Source: Eledone cirrhosa (lineage: Eukaryota). From it: 64,000 nt of DNA. Under the pieces are notes generated by a model, which did no database searches, was not told the DNA's origin, and worked only from the letters and a program-made list of their open reading frames with translations. Position 1 is the stretch's first letter. The number at the start of each line of letters is the position of its first letter. Below are positions 55,121 through 64,000 of this stretch, piece after piece. The DNA is taken from positions 104,036,001 to 104,100,000 of the forward strand of contig OZ024744.1 in the NCBI GenBank assembly GCA_964016885.1. Direction: 5' to 3'. The position numbers and the translations under genes are program-made.

Positions 55121-55409
55121 TATTTGTTTCGACACACGATTTCATATCAAAAACCTCACAAAACAAATATATATATTTACATTCATGCTTGTGTGGATCT
55201 GCATGCAGGGACATATGCTCATGGGTGAGTGTGTACACATGTTTATTTATTTATTTATTTATTTTCCTTTTTATACTCATTCACACAATACACACTGAAC
55301 AGGTATCTTGCCCCTACCTGCAGGGTTTTAACAACAATGTTTTCTATAAACATTTTCTTTATAGTTTTTTCTATGGTCTTTACAAACACTAGCCTCATAC
55401 CATAATTCC

Positions 55410-55759
55410 TCATTTCATTTCATTAATTCATTCATTTTACGCCCGCTTTTTCCCTGCTTGCAAGGGTGGGACGGGAACTGATTCTGGCTTCATTTCTACA
55501 GCTGAATGCCCTTCCTAACACCAACCTCATTTACAGTGAGTGCTGGGTGCTTTTTTTTCCGTGGCGCCTACACGTCCACTTTGTAGTGGAATGATATGGT
55601 CCCCAGTCCCTATCATCTCATTTCTACAGCTGAGTAAACTGGAGCAATGTGAAATAAAGTGTCTTGCTCAAGGAAACAACACATCACCCGGTCTGAGAAT
55701 TGAACTCACAACCTTTCGATTGCAAGGCCAATGCTCTAACCTCTAAGCCATGTGCCTCC
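55410..55759 (-). mobile_element. tRNA-derived SINE family A, full length, reverse orientation
   Basis: Reverse complement of the family A sequence from head (CCATGTGCCTCC, 55759) to tail (CATTTCATT repeats). Confidence 0.92.
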
Positions 55760-56795
55760 TTTGTATATATATTTTCATACACTAACCTCATACCATTCCC
55801 ATCACCTCATAAATTCCTTATAGTGCATATCCCCTTTAACAATGTCTAAATAGGACAACCTACCCCTGACAAACCAATGACCAGGTTAAAACCCCCTACC
55901 ACTAGTACATCACTGCATTCTTTCATGTCCTATCACGAACAGCCCTACCACATCCACACCACACACAGCACCTCATGCCGATATGTCTATGGCAAGCTGA
56001 AACACCACACCCCGCAACTCACATCAACCATTGCTCCTCACCACCACTTCATCACTACCCCCCCCCCCCCCCCCCCCACCACCACCTATCATACATGCTA
56101 AAATATTCCTCATAAATAAACCACCAATCAAAACAACATAAACTGACTAAAATATGAACATTAGACATTCATATGCCATGTATATTCATTCTGTCATTAC
56201 TACAACAGAGGTCCAACGAGCTTTTGATTCCAAAGTCAGGCGAAATCAATTCAGATCGAACCTTGAGCTGATCAATAGCGAAACTTGCATCCAAACAATA
56301 GACACAATGAAGGCTTAACAAATCGTCCTTATTACACTCTGTCTAGCTCTATACCTCGCCACTGACGTGAACCTAAACATCGAGTGTTCACCTGGGTGAA
56401 CTTACAGTAATTTCGCATTACACTCCCTGGATATATATATACCGAATTCACAGACTAGATTCCTTCTTCCTCCCGTTAGACCTGTACGGAATTCCTTCCT
56501 TGCTCACATTCCAATCAGGTTTGATGCTCTTTATTCTCTCTCGTTCACGATTTAACCAAACTTATATTCATGGAAATTTGGGACTTGACTCTTTCTTCCT
56601 CACTTTTCGTTGCTTCACCATCTTTGTTTGTTTACACTCTCGTGTCCCCTTTATTTACGTGTCCAACGACTTTTTTTAGCCGTTGCTCGCACCAACCGGA
56701 GGTATATGGTCTTTAAAGCGATGAAATACCAATGATGGTTGGAAGATCACTGATGAAGGACTAACTTTATTCATATATATATTTATATATATATA

Positions 56796-56835
<40 letters not shown>

Positions 56836-56836
<1 letters not shown>

Positions 56837-57043
56837 CCCACACTGTAAAGTGGATGTGTAAAAGACATGGCAAAAAGCACCCAGCACACTGTCAATGTGG
56901 TTGGTGTTAGGAAGGGCATCCAGCCATAGAAAACCAGCCAGAAACACCTATATGAGTGAGACACGGTCACCCAACACAACTAGGGCCCATCTAACTCATG
57001 CTAGCATGGAAGATGGACATTAATCGATAATGATGATGATGAT
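56836..57043 (+). mobile_element. 5'-truncated LINE/SINE 3' tail, related subfamily
   Basis: AAAAAGCACCCAGCACACTGTCAATGTGGTTGGTGTTAGGAAGGGCATCCAGCC core, TCATG-CTAG-CATGG hairpin, (GAT)n end. Preceded by (TA)n. Confidence 0.8.
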
Positions 57044-57098
57044 CTATGTGTATATATTTATAATTCTACATATATATATATGTGTTTATATGTATATA

Positions 57099-57205
57099 CT
57101 GGGTAAAGACCCCCTTTAGCCATGAGTGACCATGAGATTTGTTCCTAGAAAGTTGCACACTGAGGCATAAGTCCGGGCAAGGTTGTTTGTGGAAGACCAG
57201 CAGTT
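57099..57205. mobile_element. Probable interspersed-repeat fragment between TA-rich tracts
   Basis: GC-richer island (GTAAAGACCCCC...AAGTCCGGGCAAGGTTGTTT...GAAGACCAGCAG) that I recall as a common octopus interspersed repeat. Single copy here, unverified. Confidence 0.4.
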
Positions 57206-57223
57206 TATATGTATATATGTGTA

Positions 57224-57298
<75 letters not shown>

Positions 57299-57300
<2 letters not shown>

Positions 57301-57521
57301 TCAGCTGTAGAAATGAGATGATAGGGACTGGGGTCCCTATCATTCCACTGCAAAGTGGTCGTGGAGGTGCCACAGAAAAAAGGCACCCAGCACTCACTGT
57401 AAATGAGGTTGGTGTTAGGAAGGGCATCCAGCTGTAGAAATCAAGCCAGAATCAGTTCCCGTCCCACCCTTGCAAGCAGGGAAAAAGCAGACATAAAATA
57501 AAATGATGATGATGATGATGA

Positions 57522-57525
<4 letters not shown>
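57299..57525 (+). mobile_element. SINE family A, 5'-truncated copy inside (TA)n
   Basis: Matches the 3' ~225 bp of 51273-51622. Flanked on both sides by long TA runs. Confidence 0.92.
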
Positions 57526-57569
<44 letters not shown>

Positions 57570-57868
57570 TTCTGTTTGTCCTGTGTGCATGTGTGAGTGG
57601 TGGTGCTGTAGAACCTGTGTATAAGCAGGCCATAGTCTTCTGATATGTTTAGCCTCTGAAGATGTGTGTGGTATGGTGCCAGATCAGGTTTTGGAAATAG
57701 AAACGGTAATAAGTAACAATAACAAAGAAACATATTTTTTTATATTTTTCAGTAATCGAGAAATTCAATTTTTTGAAATATCATCCTTTGATCCTTATTG
57801 CCAAATTAGTAACTTTGAGAGCATTCCACTGAGACTGGACTACGCGTAAGTTATTTTTTTATATATTT

Positions 57869-58393
57869 CTACAACTTGAGCAACATTTTAATGGCTTCAT
57901 TTTATACAACTTCAACATTTTAATGAGTTCGTTATATACAACTTCAGCAACATTTTAATGAGTTCATTATATACAATTGCAGCAATATTTTAATGGCTTC
58001 ATTATATACAATTGCAGCAGCATTTTAATTGGTTCATTATATACAGTTGTAGCAACATTTTAATTGCTTTACTATATACTTCAGCAGCATTTTAATGGGT
58101 TCGTTATATACAGTTGCAACAACATTCTAATTGGTTCGTTATATACAACTGTAGCAACATTTTAATTGGTTCATTATATACATTTTAATTGGTTCATTAT
58201 ATAGAGTTGTGGCAACATTTTAATGGCGTTATTATATAACATTGCAACATCATTTTAATGGGTTCATTATATGCAATTGGAGCAACATTTTAATGGCTTC
58301 ATTATATACAATTGGAGCAACTTTTTAATGGCTTCATTATATACAGTTGCAACAACATTTTAATTGGTTCGTTATATACAATTGGAGCAACAT
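57869..58393. repeat. Diverged 35-bp minisatellite, about 15 copies
   Basis: Consensus is approximately ATTATATACAATTGCAGCAACATTTTAATGGCTTC. Confidence 0.9.
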
Positions 58394-58754
58394 TGTGTGT
58401 GTCTGTTTGTGCATGTGTGTCTTTATGCCAGTGTGTGTGTAAATATGTGTATGTTATTGTTTCTATATTTTTTAGAATGTTAAGTAAATTTATCTGTAAA
58501 TTAATTGGAACAATCTAGTTAAGAATCTTCATTAAATAGATGAGGAATATATTGTTTCTTTCTCTCTTTTTTTTTCTCGCTCTCTTTTTTTTTGGCTTTC
58601 TCTCTCCTCCCCCTCTCTTTATCATACACAAGGTGTTCGAGCTAAATTTGACAGTGTTTTTTTTTAAGAGAAAAAAGTGAATATTTCAGCTAAATCTAAA
58701 TTTATTGGAAAAATAGCAAGTGGCATAAAGATTGAAACAATCGAAATAGAAAAT

Positions 58755-61700
58755 TCACTGAAGAAGTTATCCTCAGCATTCACTACAGGCTCGATCTGGC
58801 GCATGTGGCCTTCCTGGTGTCCCTAGGAAGGCCTCAAATGCTTCCTTAATTCTGTCGATCAGCTGGGTGGTGGTGTTAAAGGCAGTGCAAATGATGTCTT
58901 TCTCAATCTCACTCAACATATGATAATCCATTGGATTGCAATGAGGGGAGTTAGGGGGCTAAAGGTTGGGGCTCGTGACAACCAATTCTCAATTTTTTCA
59001 GAGATGTGACAGGGAGCTAAAACCTGCTGCCACACAGTCTTCCAGAAGCTACCCTCTCCAACCAAGGCTTAACCACGGTAATCAGTAACTCCACATAGCC
59101 AGCCTAATTGAACCTGAGACCCTGTTCAAAGATGTGATGTGATGTATGACATCACCCTCACTGGAGACTTATCCAAAAACTATTACAGTTTGGGGAAACT
59201 TGGTCTTCATGACACGAGGACTGTCATATGGACTGTATTGTTGTTCTGGGTGTTGTGTACAAAAAATTCTTTTCATCAGAGAAAAACCAGATTGCCCCTG
59301 GTTCAACAGGCTGTTTCACTTTGTTCAGGAGTTTCTTTCCTTTGTCACACGATTTTCTCAAGCCTTTTCTGTAAGAAGTTGGCCTTTACCCCTCTTGTAT
59401 GAATGGTAGCAGAGGTCCTCATTCAATGCCAGCTACATGGTGGAAGCTGCAAACACCCATTTACCACACTAAAGCTCACATTCTCTTGCCTGAGTGTTCC
59501 ATTACTTTCTCCTGCAGTTGTTGGATAAATTCTAGTGTATGGAGGCAATCAGAACGTCTGCTGTGACCATGGAGGCAATCAGAACGTCTGCTGTGGCCAT
59601 GGAGGCAATCAGAACGTCTGCTGTGGCCATGGAGGCAATCAGAACGTCTGCTGTGGCCATGGAGGCAATCAGAACGTCTGCTGTGGCCATGGAGGCAATC
59701 AGAACGTCTGCTGTGGCCATGGAGGCAATCAGAACGTCTGCTGTGGCCATGGAGGCAATCAGAACGTCTGCTGTGGCCATGGAGGCAATCAGAACGTCTG
59801 CTGTGGCCATGGAGGCAATCAGAACGTCTGCTGTGGCCATGGAGGCAATCAGAACGTCTGCTGTGGCCATGGAGGCAATCAGAACGTCTGCTGTGGCCAT
59901 GGAGGCAATCAGAACGTCTGCTGTGGCCATGGAGGCAATCAGAACGTCTGCTGTGGCCATGGAGGCAATCAGAACGTCTGCTGTGGCCATGGAGGCAATC
60001 AGAACGTCTGCTGTGGCCATGGAGGCAATCAGAACGTCTGCTGTGGCCATGGAGGCAATCAGAACGTCTGCTGTGGCCATGGAGGCAATCAGAACGTCTG
60101 CTGTGGCCATGGAGGCAATCAGAACGTCTGCTGTGGCCATGTAGGCAATCAGAACGTCTGCTGTGGCCATGTAGGCAATCAGAACGTCTGCTGTGGCCAT
60201 GGAGGCAATCAGAACGTCTGCTGTGGCCATGGAGGCAATCAGAACGTCTGCTGTGGCCATGGAGGCAATCAGAACGTCTGCTGTGGCCATGGAGGTAATC
60301 AGAACGTCTGCTGTGGCCATGTAGGCAATCAGAACGTCTGCTGTGGCCATGTAGGCAATCAGAACGTCTGCTGTGGCCATGGAGGCAATCAGAACGTCTG
60401 CTGTGGCCATGGAGGCAATCAGAACGTCTGCTGTGGCCATGGAGGCAATCAGAACGTCTGCTGTGGCCATGTAGGCAATCAGAACGTCTGCTGTGGCCAT
60501 GGAGGCAATCAGAACGTCTGCTGTGGCCATGGAGGCAATCAGAACGTCTGCTGTGGCCATGGAGGCAATCAGAACGTCTGCTGTGGCCATGGAGGCAATC
60601 AGAACGTCTGCTGTGGCCATGGAGGCAATCAGAACGTCTGCTGTGGCCATGGAGGCAATCAGAACGTCTGCTGTGGCCATGGAGGCAATCAGAACGTCTG
60701 CTGTGACCATGGAGGCAATCAGAACGTCTGCTGTGGCCATGGAGGCAATCAGAACGTCTGCTGTGGCCATGGAGGCAATCAGAACGTCTGCTGTGGCCAT
60801 GGAGGCAATCAGAACGTCTGCTGTGGCCATGGAGGCAATCAGAACGTCTGCTGTGGCCATGGAGGCAATCAGAACGTCTGCTGTGGCCATGGAGGCAATC
60901 AGAACGTCTGCTGTGACCATGGAGGCAATCAGAACGTCTGCTGTGGCCATGGAGGCAATCAGAACGTCTGCTGTGGCCATGGAGGCAATCAGAACGTCTG
61001 CTGTGGCCATGGAGGCAATCAGAACGTCTGCTGTGGCCATGAAGGCAATCAGAACGTCTGCTGTGGCCATGGAGGCAATCAGAACGTCTGCTGTGGCCAT
61101 GGAGGCAATCAGAACGTCTGCTGTGGCCATGGAGGCAATCAGAACGTCTGCTGTGGCCATGGAGGCAATCAGAACGTCTGCTGTGGCCATGGAGGCAATC
61201 AGAACGTCTGCTGTGGCCATGGAGGCAATCAGAACGTCTGCTGTGGCCATGGAGGCAATCAGAACGTCTGCTGTGGCCATGGAGGCAATCAGAACGTCTG
61301 CTGTGGCCATGGAGGCAATCAGAACGTCTGCTGTGGCCATGGAGGCAATCAGAACGTCTGCTGTGGCCATGGAGGCAATCAGAACGTCTGCTGTGGCCAT
61401 GGAGGCAATCAGAACGTCTGCTGTGGCCATGGAGGCAATCAGAACGTCTGCTGTGGCCATGGAGGCAATCAGAACGTCTGCTGTGGCCATGGAGGCAATC
61501 AGAACGTCTGCTGTGGCCATGTAGGCAATCAGAACGTCTGCTGTGGCCATGGAGGCAATCAGAACGTCTGCTGTGGCCATGTAGGCAATCAGAACGTCTG
61601 CTGTGGCCATGGAGGCAATCAGAACGTCTGCTGTGGCCATGTAGGCAATCAGAACGTCTGCTGTGGCCATGGAGGCAATCAGAACGTCTGCTGTGGCCAT

Positions 61701-61904
61701 GTAGGCAATCAGAACGTCTGCTGTGGCCATGGAGGCAATCAGAACGTCTGCTGTGGCCATGGAGGCAATCAGAACGTCTGCTGTGGCCATGGAGGCAATC
61801 AGAACGTCTGCTGTGGCCATGGAAGCAATCAGAACGTCTGCTGTGGCCATGTAGTCTCCATTGCAGCTCTCCATTTCACTTCTTATTGTTTTCACAGTGT
61901 CCAA
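58755..61904 (-). pseudogene. Transposase pseudogene with stops, frameshifts and a 77-copy internal amplification
   Basis: Manual minus-strand translation gives MDTVKTIRSEMESCNGDY, HSRRSDCLHTLEFIQQLQEKVMEHSGKRM*, FSDEKNF, VMKTKFPQTVIVFG*VSSEGDV, VKPWLERVASGR, WQQVLAPCH and *PPNSPHCNPMDY. These are decayed forms of the FSDE, QQDxAPxH and WPPxSPDxNPxDY catalytic motifs. Confidence 0.85.
59541..61850. repeat. 30-bp minisatellite GGAGGCAATCAGAACGTCTGCTGTGGCCAT, 77 near-identical copies
   Basis: 2310 bp = 77 x 30, with no indels and about 15 single-base variants. Confidence 0.99.
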
Positions 61905-62117
61905 AGAAAAAAAGATTTTAGAAGTTAGACTCTATCAAATTTATCTCGAACACCCTGTATGTATGTGTGTATATAAGTATGTGTATATGCATGCATTTGT
62001 GTGTGTGTATATATTATATATATGTGTATGTGTGATGTAATATTTATGTATGTAATCATATACATATGTAATATGTATGTATATACGCGTACATGTTAGT
62101 ATCTATGCATATATATA

Positions 62118-62635
62118 GACGGTAGCCACGGAATAGGCAGACCTAGAAAAACATGGGATGAGCTGATAAACTCCGACCTCACACACTTACACCTCTCCAA
62201 GACAATGTCACTGGACCGTGACCTTTGGCGGTACTCAGTAACAGAGAAGACCCGCCTTGCCAGTAGGCATCTCTAACAAACTACACCCCGTCCCACCACC
62301 ACCACCCCCACCCCATCCACACCACCCCGTTCTATGTAAAGTTATGTTGGTGCCGCGCCATCCAGGCCGAAACAAATGAGATCGTGTAGGTGTCACGACA
62401 AAAAAACACACAGTCCACGCTGTAATGTGGCCGTGCAGGCAACACGGTAAAAACCTCCCAGCCCCACACTGTAAATGTGGTTGGTGTTAGGAAGGGCATC
62501 CAACTGTAGAAAACCTGCCAGACAGTCCTATGCGAGCAAGACAACCACTCTTGCCTCAAGTGGGACTACCCCCGTCCAAACCCACGCAAGCGTGGAACAC
62601 GGACGTTAAACGTTGATGATGATGATGATGATGAT
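62118..62635 (+). mobile_element. 3' end of an RTE/RTEX-type LINE: ORF C-terminus, 3' UTR and (GAT)n tail
   Basis: 62118-62276 translates as DGSHGIGRPRKTWDELINSDLTHLHLSKTMSLDRDLWRYSVTEKTRLASRHL*, the GRPxxxW...DRxxWR C-terminal motif of RTE-group LINEs. It is followed by a UTR with the GTTAGGAAGGGCATCC core and a CCACG-CAAG-CGTGG hairpin. Confidence 0.82.
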
Positions 62636-62712
62636 ATATAAGGAAAAAAAGATGAAATCGAAAATGCAACTGGAGTCTGATTTTAAAAAAAATATATATA
62701 ACTATTTGGTTC

Positions 62713-62748
62713 CTTTACCGGTTTCGCAGTTCTTCTGCTTTTCAAAAG
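62713..62748 (-). ncRNA. Minimal type I hammerhead ribozyme motif, U3-A8 core variant
   Basis: Minus strand: CTT [TTGAAAA] GCAG-AAGAA-CTGC [GAAA] CCGG [TA] AAG. Stem II is 4 bp, stem III is the palindrome ACCGGT, stem I is CTT/AAG and the cleavage triplet is GUA. Confidence 0.65.
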
Positions 62749-62781
62749 TAGAGTTGAGATGGAGGGTCTGTCTCAACTCTA

Positions 62782-62817
62782 CTTTTGAAAAGCAGAAGAA
62801 CTGCGAAAGCGGTAAAG
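62782..62817 (+). ncRNA. Mirror copy of the U3-A8 hammerhead motif, with stem III mutated
   Basis: CTT [TTGAAAA] GCAG-AAGAA-CTGC [GAAA] GCGG [TA] AAG. A C>G change at 62809 breaks the ACCGGT palindrome. Confidence 0.55.
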
Positions 62818-62971
62818 GAACCAAATAAATATAGATATTTAAAAAAAATAAGACTCCAGTTGCATTTTTGATTTCATCTTTTTTTTCTTTATACTTTCAC
62901 TTGTGTAGGACACCTTGGTTATTTTTCATTTTGTAAAAAAAACCTCACTTTCTAATATATATATATATTTA

Positions 62972-63233
62972 TATATATATATATATCACAATACCCATAC
63001 ATATTATATGCATATATATATATATATATATCACAATACCCATACATATTATATGCATATATATATATATATATATCACAATACCCATACATATTATATG
63101 CATATATATATATATATATATCACAATACCCATACATATTATATGCATATATATATATATATATATCACAATACCCATACATATTATATGCATATATATA
63201 TATATATATATCACAATACCCATATATATTATA

Positions 63234-63240
<7 letters not shown>
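62972..63240. repeat. 45-bp minisatellite, 6 copies, with an embedded (TA)n
   Basis: TCACAATACCCATACATATTATATGC(AT)n recurs at 62986, 63031, 63076, 63121, 63166 and 63211. Confidence 0.95.
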
Positions 63241-63294
<54 letters not shown>

Positions 63295-63455
63295 ATATGT
63301 ATGCATATATATATATATTTATGTATATATGTATATATATATGTATACATATATATATATATATATATATATATGTAGGAGGTGAGTTTTATTGTAGTAC
63401 AATAAAGCAATGCAGATATCGGATAATAAGCACTCTACAATTTGTAGGACTGGAG

Positions 63456-63847
<392 letters not shown>

Positions 63848-63881
63848 GATATTAATAAATGGAAACTATATTTATAAAACC

Positions 63882-63944
63882 ATATTTATACATATTTCAG
63901 GGATACCAAATTAAATTATGGTATGCCTTCATCAGACAAAATAC
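63882..63944 (-). ncRNA. Type I hammerhead ribozyme motif, canonical core, imperfect stem I
   Basis: Minus strand: GTATTTTGT [CTGATGA] AGGCATACCA-10 nt-TGGTATCCCT [GAAA] TATG [TA] TAAATAT. Stem II pairs at 9 of 10 positions, stem III is the near-palindrome ATATGT and stem I is out of register by one base. Confidence 0.72.
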
Positions 63945-64000
63945 AATATATAACAGTTTTACAAATAAGCTTTGATGTACCCTATTAAAATGCAACCATT

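Larger units (their letters stand above)
58629..61957 (-). mobile_element. Decayed Tc1/mariner-superfamily DNA transposon (DD37D/maT-like) containing an internal minisatellite
   Basis: 26-bp terminal inverted repeats: CAAGGTGTTCGAGCTAAATTTGACAG (58629-58654) and the reverse complement of CAGGGTGTTCGAGATAAATTTGATAG (61932-61957), 3 mismatches. Flanked by TA on the right and CA on the left. Transposase relics lie inside. Confidence 0.88.
62637..62893. repeat. Fold-back palindrome, arms about 125 bp, almost no spacer (probable Penelope-like element remnant)
   Basis: 62637-62760 is the reverse complement of 62770-62893 with few mismatches. Each arm carries a hammerhead motif. Confidence 0.92.

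Noticed and set aside
56740-56775. CTGATGA next to a TA tract (similar isolated cores at ~52197, ~52386 and ~57657)
   Set aside because: No matching stem II-GAAA-stem III arrangement.
59532-61928. 790-797 aa ORFs (MATADVLIAS)n and Cys/His-rich (GGNQNVCCGH)n
   Set aside because: These are translations of the 30-bp minisatellite inside a dead transposase. Several frames are open simultaneously.

Overview
Eukaryotic, gene-free, repeat-dominated window. It is probably from a cephalopod (octopus-like), inferred only from the repeat families. Bases 1-49508 are one uninterrupted satellite array of a 21-bp monomer, GTCCA(G/C)CTATACTAGTGTCAT (about 2350 copies), with nested higher-order duplications of 3073, 6941, 6120 and 13061 bp and a distinct distal domain. 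All long ORFs there are by-products of a stop-poor monomer whose length is divisible by 3. Bases 49509-64000 are an AT-rich flank of (TA)n, (GT)n and (CAT/CAC)n microsatellites and minisatellites. The flank holds five copies of a tRNA-derived SINE, a second Meta-like SINE, 3' ends of an RTE/RTEX-type LINE that shares its tail with the SINE, a Penelope-like GIY-YIG fragment and a decayed DD37D/maT-like Tc1/mariner transposon. In that transposon, 30 bp of transposase coding sequence has amplified to 77 tandem copies. The most notable signal is a cluster of four hammerhead-ribozyme motifs of three unrelated sequence types at 62713-63944. Three lie within inverted repeats, all lie beside (TA)n tracts, and one type has a compensatory U3-A8 catalytic core. 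No intact host protein-coding gene is supported.
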